Positions 10,161-17,724 of a stretch of DNA of 64,000 nt are shown piece after piece (the stretch's first letter is position 1; each line of letters begins with the position of its first letter). The DNA lies in the NCBI GenBank assembly GCA_965279375.1, contig OZ257156.1, forward strand, positions 4,960,001-5,024,000, written 5' to 3'. The DNA comes from Gemmatimonas sp. (lineage in GTDB: Bacteria; Gemmatimonadota; Gemmatimonadetes; Gemmatimonadales; Gemmatimonadaceae). The notes under the pieces were generated by a model. The model had not been told where the DNA came from. It did no database searches and worked only from the letters and a program-made list of their open reading frames with translations. A program made the translations under genes and the position numbers.

Positions 10161-10196
10161 CAACGAATCGGCGAACCGACACAACGAGTCGGCGAA
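10161..10196 (-). promoter_or_regulatory. LytTR-type direct-repeat binding site
   Basis: CAACGAATCGGCGAA (10161-10175) and CAACGAGTCGGCGAA (10182-10196): 14/15 identical, 21-bp period, 38 nt upstream of the receptor start. Confidence 0.7.
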
Positions 10197-10227
10197 TGGT
10201 GCAGCACGCTGCCCGAGTGCGCTCTTC

Positions 10228-12015
10228 CTACCGCTCGCCGCGAATGCGGATCGTCTGCGTGGTGCTGTCGGTGATGCCCGCCCCGGCGACAATGAGCGTC
10301 AACTGATACTCGCCCGGTGCGACCGGCGGGAACGTGAGCGTCAGGCTGCGACCCGGCTGCCCATCGGGACGGCCGTTGTCGTTGTACTTGATCGATACCG
10401 GCGTGACCGACTTGGACAAGCCGATCGAGCTGCCAAGCTTCTGGAAGAAGCTCGCACCGACACGCGTCGCACGAACGGACACCTGCAGTGGTGCAGCTGG
10501 CGTCGCGACCCGATACATCTCCCAGTACAAGCCGACCGTCGCACCGCGCTCGATTTCGAGCGAGCCGTACGCCTGCAGCGCATTTCGCTCGAGCGTGGGC
10601 GTGGCCGTCGGATCGCCGCGCTGCAGCAACAGATAGTCGGACAGTCGCGCGCCCGACTGGAGCGGCTGCACGGTGGTGCGCACGCGGGTCGCCCGCTTGC
10701 CTGCGGGCGCAACCACTTCAATGCTGGCCAACATCGGCGCGCCGCGGAGCGGCGCGAGCAACGCCCCGTTGGCGCCGGCGCTGTCGCGCCTCACCACGAT
10801 CGGCGCATTGCCGTCCATGCCGTCGAGCACGAGCGCCGCATTGTACGGCGCCTTGCCCATCTCCAGTTCGCGCACGAGACGGAAACCGCCAGCCACGAGC
10901 GTCGTGTCACCGCGACGGAAGCGCGCGATCTGGTGCGGCACGTCGGCGAAACCGCTGGCGTAGCGCGGCGCATAACGCATGCGCGCCTTGGCGCGGCGAA
11001 GTGCCCAATCGGCCGACGATGCACCGATCGGCGTCGCCAACGCCTTGGGCGACGCCATGAAATCGTAGCTGGGCGTGGGTTCGTGTCCGATCACCTGCGG
11101 CGGACGCGGATCGGCCACACCGCCGTTCTGCACCGACCAGTTGGTGGGCCAGCCGTAGCGCACCTGCGACTCGAGCAGGTCATCGCCCCACGTCATGTCG
11201 TAGGGAATGCGACCGAGCGATTGCACGCGCGAGATCGTGCGGCGCGACAAGAGTTCGTTGCGAACGTCGTTGGCCGGCAGCGACCAGAGCGGCTGCGCGA
11301 GGCGAAAGATTCGCGCGTTTTCGGCGTCGCGCTGCGCACAGGCGATGCGTTGATACGCGGCGTGCGCCGGGACTTCCAGCCACATCGTGACATCGGTCCA
11401 CGCGCACTTCTGCGACTCGGGCATCGCTGCCAAGGCACGATCGAACGCGGTTGCCGATTCCACGTGCCGGTTGGCGTTGTGGTACGCGAGCCCCTGCAGG
11501 GCAGCGCACCACCACGCGGTGCCTGCGCAGGCGCGCGCGGCGGTCACGGCGAGATCGGGCTTGTCGCCTTCGACGGCGTAGCGCACGCGCATGCCGCTCA
11601 CCCAATCATCGGTCGGGTCGGCGGCCTGTGCCTGGCCAAGCAGATCGAGCAGCTGATCACGCTCGAGCTTCGCGTCGTTGCGTTCGGCTGGCGGCGGGAC
11701 ATCGCCGTTGTTGTTCCAGTAGCAGATGCGACCGAGCGGCACTTCGCAGGTGGCGTCGGCGCCGCCGTTGTAAAAGCGCAGGCCGAGGCGGTGATTGCGC
11801 TCGAAGTTGTCCTGCAGCGATCGCGCCTGCGACGACAGCGGTCCGAGCTTGGAGGCGACGCCCCTGAGCGGATCGGCCGGCGCCATCTGTTGCGCGGCCG
11901 CGGAGCGCGCCGTGTCGGCGGGCGGCGTGCCCTGCGCCAACGACAGCGTTGGCGCGAAGGCAGCAGTGACGAGCGTGAACAGCGAAACGAACACGAGACG
12001 CGGGGTCGACACCAA
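10228..12015 (-). CDS. Exported Cys-containing protein with TPR-like region and divergent GWxTD-like domain
   Basis: TTG start; signal peptide; PLWSLPANDVRNELLSR..WGDD..VRYGWP; C-terminal LSDYLLL/GLYWEMY/PGEYQLTLIV beta-sandwich pattern. Confidence 0.7.
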   Translation of the reverse strand: MVSTPRLVFVSLFTLVTAAFAPTLSLAQGTPPADTARSAAAQQMAPADPLRGVASKLGPLSSQARSLQDNFERNHRLGLRFYNGGADATCEVPLGRICYWNNNGDVPPPAERNDAKLERDQLLDLLGQAQAADPTDDWVSGMRVRYAVEGDKPDLAVTAARACAGTAWWCAALQGLAYHNANRHVESATAFDRALAAMPESQKCAWTDVTMWLEVPAHAAYQRIACAQRDAENARIFRLAQPLWSLPANDVRNELLSRRTISRVQSLGRIPYDMTWGDDLLESQVRYGWPTNWSVQNGGVADPRPPQVIGHEPTPSYDFMASPKALATPIGASSADWALRRAKARMRYAPRYASGFADVPHQIARFRRGDTTLVAGGFRLVRELEMGKAPYNAALVLDGMDGNAPIVVRRDSAGANGALLAPLRGAPMLASIEVVAPAGKRATRVRTTVQPLQSGARLSDYLLLQRGDPTATPTLERNALQAYGSLEIERGATVGLYWEMYRVATPAAPLQVSVRATRVGASFFQKLGSSIGLSKSVTPVSIKYNDNGRPDGQPGRSLTLTFPPVAPGEYQLTLIVAGAGITDSTTQTIRIRGER

Positions 12016-12094
12016 TGATTCTCCGAGAGGAAAACGACAACGGAAGACTAACGTCTCGTCGCGTACCCGGCATCGGAGCCGACCCCGGCGTACG

Positions 12095-12712
12095 CTAGAA
12101 CGAGAGCTTGGCGCCTGCCGTCAACGCCCAGTTGTGTGCAAGGTTGCCTTCGGCACGGAAGCCGACGGCTTGCTGCGAGTTGAAGCGACCAATCCAGTCC
12201 TTCGCCTGTACCCGCAAGCCGAGTCCAGGAGTCAGGCCGACATCGACACCGACCGCGGCCGTGTACGCCACGTTCGACGCGCGCGTGCTGAAGAGGCGGT
12301 TCTTGATGTCATTGGTCATGCCACCGATGCCGCCTGCAACGAACGGCGCGATCCCTGCCGTCTTGTTCCCCAACCCGCCGAGCTCGACGGCAGCGTCGTA
12401 GAGCCAAGTCTTCGTCGACCCCACGTTGACACCGCCGATGAGCGGCAACCCTACGCGCAGGTCGCCAGCCGCGTAGGCGAGATTGCCCACGAGTGAGATG
12501 CCGGACGTGAGCGGGATGCTGGCCTGCGCGCCGACCATCGGCGCGTTGGTGGTGGAGAGGCTCGTGCCCACCGGGCCGTCGTACCAGTTGCCGGTGACGA
12601 GGTAGCCCGCGTACGGGGTGACCGTAGCGCCAACACCCGTCTGGGCCGTGGCACTGTGAACGGCGAGGAGAGCAGCGCTAGTTGCGAGCGCGAGACGAAC
12701 AGACAGACGCAT
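12095..12712 (-). CDS. Outer-membrane beta-barrel protein (8-stranded OmpA/OmpW-like)
   Basis: GGAG RBS before ATG 12712; signal peptide; amphipathic strands (PFVAGGIGG, GVDVGLTPGLGLRVQ); terminal Phe. Confidence 0.85.
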   Translation of the reverse strand: MRLSVRLALATSAALLAVHSATAQTGVGATVTPYAGYLVTGNWYDGPVGTSLSTTNAPMVGAQASIPLTSGISLVGNLAYAAGDLRVGLPLIGGVNVGSTKTWLYDAAVELGGLGNKTAGIAPFVAGGIGGMTNDIKNRLFSTRASNVAYTAAVGVDVGLTPGLGLRVQAKDWIGRFNSQQAVGFRAEGNLAHNWALTAGAKLSF

Positions 12713-12884
12713 GGAGACTCCGTGAAGGGTTCGGGTCACCATGGTGCATGTCCCGCGCCGATCCGAGCCCGTGCCGCAAACACATACGCGGCAATGATTT
12801 ACTCACGGAATTGCAATCCAGCGCACAATTGCCCGTCTCAAAAATGAGACATGGACGAGTTGGTGCGGTGGACGAGGATGGCCG

Positions 12885-13313
12885 CTACGCCACGGGATCG
12901 CGAAACCCTGCGTCGCGATGCGCACCGTCGCAGAACGGCTTACGACGAGAGTGGCCGCAGCGACAGAGCGCGACCCGCGTGTCCTGCAGGATCTCGTTTC
13001 CCTCCGCATCCACGATCCGAACATCGCCGCGAACCATCAACGGGCCGTTCCGCCCAACCTGCACGGTGCAGTCGTTTTGCACCGGCGGCACCGGAACGCC
13101 ATCGATAGCCACCTGCAGCGCGCCGGTGGGACAGCGGTGCACGATCTGCACGATCTCCTCGACAGCTGCCGCCTCGGGACGGATCCAGGGTCGGGCCTTC
13201 GGATCGAACACGGCGGGGAGTCCGCGCACACACACAGCGGAATGAATGCAGCGCCCCAGATCGAAGTGCACCGACAGCGAATCATGCGCGTAAACCTGCA
13301 ATCGCTTGCTCAT
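12885..13313 (-). CDS. Fer4_19 ferredoxin-like plus CDGSH iron-sulfur domain protein
   Basis: CIHSAVCV..CPTGAL and LCRCGHSRRKPFCDGAH; GGAGG RBS before ATG 13313. Confidence 0.9.
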   Translation of the reverse strand: MSKRLQVYAHDSLSVHFDLGRCIHSAVCVRGLPAVFDPKARPWIRPEAAAVEEIVQIVHRCPTGALQVAIDGVPVPPVQNDCTVQVGRNGPLMVRGDVRIVDAEGNEILQDTRVALCRCGHSRRKPFCDGAHRDAGFRDPVA

Positions 13314-13344
13314 GCCATGCCCTCCACGGGTGAGGCGCGCTCGA

Positions 13345-14112
13345 TCACGCCACTCCGTCCTCGGGCATCTGCGGCCCGCGCAGATGCACCGCCTTCTGCT
13401 GCTTGGCGCGCGCCCGGATGTTGAGCATCTCCACAATCACGGAGAACGCCATCGACATGTACGTGTAGCCCTTGGGGATGTGCTGCCCCAGCCCTTCGGC
13501 CACGAGGTTGGTGCCGATGAGCACGAGGAACGAGAGCGCCAGCATCTTGATGGTCGGGTGCTTGTCCACGAACGCGCTGATCGACTTCGCCGCGAAGAGC
13601 ATCCCGATCAACGCGATGACGTTGGCGGCAATCATGATGCTCACGTGCTCCGCCATGCCGACGGCCGTGATGACCGAGTCCAGCGAGAAGATGATGTCGA
13701 TGAACATGATCTGCGTGACCGTGCCCCACAGCGAACGCGCGGGGCCCTTGGCGGCCGCTTCCTCGTGTTCCGGACCTTCGAGCTTCTCGTGAATCTCCAT
13801 GGTGGCCTTGCCGATCAGAAACAGGCCGCCAACGACGAGAATGAGATCGCGTCCGGAAAACGCATGTTCGAAGAGCGTGAACAACGGCTCGGTCAGTCGC
13901 ATCACCCAGGTGATCGACAGCAGCAACAGCACGCGCGTGACGAACGCGCCCATCAATCCGAACGAGCGCGCCTTCGGCCGGTCGGCCTCGGGGAGCTTGC
14001 CGCTCATGATCGAGATGAAGATGATGTTGTCGATTCCCAACACGATCTCGAGGATGGACAGCGTCAGCAGCGACAGCCATGCGTTCGGATCGGAGAGCAG
14101 TTCGAGATTCAT
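13345..14112 (-). CDS. TerC family membrane protein
   Basis: LEIVLGIDNIIFI, DIIFSLDSVITAVG, HPTIKMLALSFL, IPKGYTY motifs. Confidence 0.93.
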   Translation of the reverse strand: MNLELLSDPNAWLSLLTLSILEIVLGIDNIIFISIMSGKLPEADRPKARSFGLMGAFVTRVLLLLSITWVMRLTEPLFTLFEHAFSGRDLILVVGGLFLIGKATMEIHEKLEGPEHEEAAAKGPARSLWGTVTQIMFIDIIFSLDSVITAVGMAEHVSIMIAANVIALIGMLFAAKSISAFVDKHPTIKMLALSFLVLIGTNLVAEGLGQHIPKGYTYMSMAFSVIVEMLNIRARAKQQKAVHLRGPQMPEDGVA

Positions 14113-14141
14113 TCGTGCATCACTCGTGTCTCACGCAGTCA

Positions 14142-15320
14142 TCACTGCGTGCAGGGGGCGCCGACTGCGGGAACCGGACGGTCCACGCGCGGTCTGGCGT
14201 CGTTGTTGGCGATCGTGCGCAGCAGCGCGCTGACGTAGCGCGTGACGCGGGTGTAGTGCGGGAAATCGATGTACTGCGCCTCGTCGGTCACTTCGTGGTA
14301 GTCCTCATGCAGATTGGTGAACATGAAGACGATGGGAATGCCACGACGAGCGTAGTTCCAATGGTCCGAGCGACAGTAGATCGCCTCCGGATGCCCGTCC
14401 GCGTCGAGCGAGTGGTCGAGCGTGAACGGTGTGGACTGCGACGCGTTGACGTCGTTGACGATGCGTGCGAGGTCGGAAGACAGGCGCCGCGGTCCGATGA
14501 CGCTCAGGTAGTTCGGCCCGCCCGACGCGAGATCGCGCGCGCTGCCGCGGCCGATCATGTCGATGTTGAGCTGGGCCACGATCTGTCGCAGCGGCACCGT
14601 GGGATGTTCGGTGAATTCGCTGGAGCCGTTGAGATCGATCTCTTCGCCCGTATGCCACACGAACAGCACCGAGCGTCGCAGCGGCGTCTTGCTGCTCGCC
14701 AGCTGCTCGGCGATCTCCAGCAGCGCCATGGAGCCGGAGCCATCGTCGTCGGCGCCATTGTTGATCGAATCGGGGCGCGCGGGACGGATGCGTCGGAGCG
14801 CCGCGACGTCCACCCGAATGGCGCGACGCTTCGCCCGCGACAGCTCAGGCGCGCCCGCCACGCGACCGCGCGCACTCCACACCGCGCGATCGTAGGCGCG
14901 CAGTGAATCGTGGTCCACGGGGCCGCCTGCACGGAATCCGATGTGATCGCTGTGTGCCCCCAGCGCCACGTACTCGGCGCGCAGCTTGGAATCCGCGCCG
15001 GGAAGAATCGCGACGACGTTGCGCGACCAGGCACTGTCCGACTCCCCCGACCGCACGCGTACACGCTGGAAGTAGCTCCCGTTGTCGCCGGCTGGTTTGA
15101 GGCCAAGACGGGTCAGCTCGCCGGCGATGTAGGCCGTCGCGCGTACGTGTCCGCGAGAGCCAGCGCGCCGGCCCTCCATCGAGTCGTCGGCAAAGATGAA
15201 GAGGCGCGTGCGCAGGTCGGCCTCTTCGATGCGGGCGGCGGTACGCGCCGGGGACGCCTGTGGCCCGAGGGAGACCGCAATGGCTGCAACGAGCGCCAGC
15301 GGCACGAGCGTACGTCTCAT
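14142..15320 (-). CDS. Secreted M28-family metallopeptidase
   Basis: Signal peptide from ATG 15320; DSMEGR, GAHSDH, NGADDDGSG, TGEE, NIDMIGR, SDH, DYH zinc-ligand motifs. Confidence 0.9.
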   Translation of the reverse strand: MRRTLVPLALVAAIAVSLGPQASPARTAARIEEADLRTRLFIFADDSMEGRRAGSRGHVRATAYIAGELTRLGLKPAGDNGSYFQRVRVRSGESDSAWSRNVVAILPGADSKLRAEYVALGAHSDHIGFRAGGPVDHDSLRAYDRAVWSARGRVAGAPELSRAKRRAIRVDVAALRRIRPARPDSINNGADDDGSGSMALLEIAEQLASSKTPLRRSVLFVWHTGEEIDLNGSSEFTEHPTVPLRQIVAQLNIDMIGRGSARDLASGGPNYLSVIGPRRLSSDLARIVNDVNASQSTPFTLDHSLDADGHPEAIYCRSDHWNYARRGIPIVFMFTNLHEDYHEVTDEAQYIDFPHYTRVTRYVSALLRTIANNDARPRVDRPVPAVGAPCTQ

Positions 15321-15395
15321 TCGAGGCGGGTGTGGGCGCGCATAGACTGCTGCAAGGTCGCACGTGGGCGGCCGCGGTTCAACTAAGTTCCGGTC

Positions 15396-16127
15396 ATGTC
15401 TGCCACCACCGTTTCCGACTCCATCACCCGCAAGCCGGCTGTCGTGCTGCTCTCGGGTGGGCTCGACTCTTCGACTGCGCTCGCCGTGGCGCGGCGCGAC
15501 GGCTTCACGCCGTACGCGATGACCTTTCGCTATGGACAACGGCATTCCGTCGAGATCGATGCGGCGCGTCGGGTCGCTGCGGCCCAGGGTGTGGAAGCGC
15601 ACGTCGTGGTGGACATCGACCTTCGGCAGTGGGGCGGCTCGGCGCTCACCAGCGACGTCGCCGTGCCCAAGGACCGGGATGTGGCCGCCGCGAGTGACGA
15701 GATTCCAGTCACGTATGTGCCGGCGCGCAACACGATCTTTCTCTCGTTTGCGCTCGCTTGGGCCGAAGTGCTGGGAGCGCAGGCGATCTTCATCGGCGTG
15801 AATGCGCTCGACTACTCGGGGTATCCCGACTGCCGCCCCGAGTACATCGACGCCTTCGTGCACATGGCCAACCTCGCCACGCGGGCAGGCGTGGAGGGGA
15901 CGCAGCGGCTCGAAATCCGTGCACCGCTGCAGTACCTGACCAAGGCGCAGATCGTCGCGCTGGGGCAGTCGCTGGGCGTGGACTACAGCCTGACCACCAG
16001 CTGCTACGACCCGGCCGAAGACGGGACCGCCTGTGGCCGTTGCGATGCCTGCCAGCTGCGACTGAACGGCTTTGCGGCGGCGGGCGCGCAAGACCCGATC
16101 GCTTACGCCTCGCCGGCCGAGGAGTAA
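15396..16127 (+). CDS. queC: 7-cyano-7-deazaguanine (preQ0) synthase
   Basis: SGGLDS PP-loop, [30 protein letters not shown]. Confidence 0.97.
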   Translation: MSATTVSDSITRKPAVVLLSGGLDSSTALAVARRDGFTPYAMTFRYGQRHSVEIDAARRVAAAQGVEAHVVVDIDLRQWGGSALTSDVAVPKDRDVAAASDEIPVTYVPARNTIFLSFALAWAEVLGAQAIFIGVNALDYSGYPDCRPEYIDAFVHMANLATRAGVEGTQRLEIRAPLQYLTKAQIVALGQSLGVDYSLTTSCYDPAEDGTACGRCDACQLRLNGFAAAGAQDPIAYASPAEE

Positions 16128-16130
16128 CCG

Positions 16131-16769
16131 ATGGCCTATACGGTCAAGGAGTGCTTCTACACGCTGCAGGGCGAAGGGCTGAACGCGGGGCGGGCCGCCG
16201 TCTTCTGCCGTTTTTCCGGCTGCAACCTGTGGACGGGGCGTGAGGCGGATCGGGCAACGGCCGTCTGCACGTTCTGCGATACCGACTTCGTCGGGGTAGG
16301 ACCGGACGGCGGCAAGTTCGCCGACGCGGAGTCGTTGGCGGCGTTCGTCGCGAGCCGCTGGCCTGCCGATGCGCCGGCCGACGTCCAAAAGCTGGTGGTG
16401 TGCACCGGTGGCGAGCCGTTGCTGCAGCTGGACGAGGCCGCGATCGACGCGCTGCATGCGGCGGGCTTCGAGATTGCCGTGGAGACCAACGGTACCCAGC
16501 CAGCGCCCGCGGGATTGGACTGGATCTGCGTGAGCCCCAAGGCCGAGGCCCCCGTGGTTTTGATGGCGGGGGACGAGCTCAAGCTGGTCTTCCCACAGCC
16601 GACAGCGATGCCCGAGCGGTTCGAGCATCTGGCCTTTCGCCATTTCCTGCTGCAGCCGATGGACGGCCCGAACCAGCGCGAGAACACGGCGGCGGCGCTG
16701 GCCTACTGCCTCGCCCATCCGCGGTGGCGGCTCTCAGTGCAGACCCACAAGTCGCTCGGCATTCGGTAG
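16131..16769 (+). CDS. queE: 7-carboxy-7-deazaguanine synthase, radical SAM with CX14CX2C motif
   Basis: FYTLQGEG; C-NLWTGREADRATAV-C-TF-C; TGGEP; ETNGT; CVSPK; LSVQTHK. Confidence 0.97.
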   Translation: MAYTVKECFYTLQGEGLNAGRAAVFCRFSGCNLWTGREADRATAVCTFCDTDFVGVGPDGGKFADAESLAAFVASRWPADAPADVQKLVVCTGGEPLLQLDEAAIDALHAAGFEIAVETNGTQPAPAGLDWICVSPKAEAPVVLMAGDELKLVFPQPTAMPERFEHLAFRHFLLQPMDGPNQRENTAAALAYCLAHPRWRLSVQTHKSLGIR

Positions 16770-16872
16770 CTGGGACCGGACGGCGGTTGGGGTTAGCGGC
16801 GCGAGTTAAGCCCCACGCGGTGATGGGGTTTGGCCTCAAGCGAGCTCGACCGGAGACAAAGATTTCCCGCGA

Positions 16873-16901
16873 TGTAACGGCCCCCCCTCGCGGATCGTCA
16901 A
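16873..16901 (+). promoter_or_regulatory. Candidate ECF-sigma promoter
   Basis: TGTAAC (16873-16878), 17-nt spacer, CGTCAA (16896-16901), upstream of the NlpC/P60 gene. Confidence 0.5.
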
Positions 16902-16959
16902 CGGACGGGATAGCTTGGCAGTCCGGAAAGCTCCTGCTCACACCGCCAGCAACTTCGCC

Positions 16960-17526
16960 GTGGCCCTTTCTTCTCGTCGACACATTCTTCCGTTGGTCGT
17001 CTGCGTCGCGCTCGTCGCGAGCGCATCGCGTGCCGACGCACAGATCGTCGAGAGTAAGAAGCCCTTTGCCGCGTTCAGTGCGTCGGTGTCCTCCATGCGC
17101 GACTCGATCGTGTCGAAGGCGCGCGGTCAGATCGGGACGCGCTACAAGCTGGGCGGCACCAAGCCAAACTCCGCGCTCGATTGCAGCGGACTGGTGAAGT
17201 ACGTGATGAGCGCGCTCGATGTCGTGCTGCCACGCACCGCTCGTCAGCAGGCAACCGTCGGTACTGCGGTTCCCAAGGACCTCGCCGCGCTCAAGCCCGG
17301 CGACCTCCTCACGTTCGGCAAGGGCAAGCGCATCTCGCACATCGGGATCTACGTCGGTGAAGGGCGTATGGTGCACGCCAGCACCTCGCAGCGTCAGGTC
17401 ATCGAGACGGCGATTTCACCGCGCTCACCCCTCATTCGCCAGTGGAAGGGTGTGCGTCGCCTGGTGGACGGTGCGGGACTCGCGATGCGCGACTCGCTTC
17501 TCGCAATCGCCGATACACTCCGCTGA
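16960..17526 (+). CDS. NlpC/P60 (C40) cell-wall peptidase
   Basis: YKLGG..LDCSGLV, LPRTARQQ, PGDLLTF, HIGIYVG..MVHAS; signal peptide. Start uncertain (GTG 16960 or TTG 16915). Confidence 0.92.
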   Translation: MALSSRRHILPLVVCVALVASASRADAQIVESKKPFAAFSASVSSMRDSIVSKARGQIGTRYKLGGTKPNSALDCSGLVKYVMSALDVVLPRTARQQATVGTAVPKDLAALKPGDLLTFGKGKRISHIGIYVGEGRMVHASTSQRQVIETAISPRSPLIRQWKGVRRLVDGAGLAMRDSLLAIADTLR

Positions 17527-17530
17527 GCTC

Positions 17531-17548
17531 GGCGGCGTACGCGCCGCC
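17531..17548 (+). terminator. Short GC hairpin after the NlpC/P60 gene
   Basis: GGCGGCG-TACG-CGCCGCC, 4 nt after the stop; no real U-tract. Confidence 0.35.
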
Positions 17549-17724
17549 CTCTGCAGTGGATGTGCGAACGCGCCGGCTGAAGATCTCATCATCGCTTGGT
17601 CGCGCGTTGCGGGCGACTCGTCCCCGCAGCAGGATTGAGGCGTCCCGCGAGACCACGTCGCGCGACAGGTGTCTGACAGCCGCCCGCGAGATCTTCCCGC
17701 GCTCCCCCGCCTAAGAGGTGTGCC

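Noticed and set aside
10045..12018. 657-aa plus-strand ORF and similar long antisense ORFs (43-1206, 29521-31119, 31788-33338, 49937-51598)
   Set aside because: Arg/Ala-rich shadow frames typical of high-GC coding DNA, opposite well-supported genes and with no motifs.
12835..12850. GTCTCA-AAAA-TGAGAC palindrome
   Set aside because: Only a 6-bp stem; cannot tell terminator, operator and chance apart.
14142..16718. 858-aa minus-strand ORF
   Set aside because: Only the part from ATG 15320 is the M28 peptidase; the rest is the antisense shadow of queC/queE.
15396..16769. 7-deazaguanine DNA-modification (dpd) defence island
   Set aside because: No dpdA/tgt-like, helicase or nuclease genes nearby; housekeeping queuosine synthesis is simpler.
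16770..16960. c-di-AMP (ydaO) riboswitch before NlpC/P60, or before kdp
   Set aside because: The conserved ydaO elements were not recognisable by eye in either leader; an Rfam scan would settle it.
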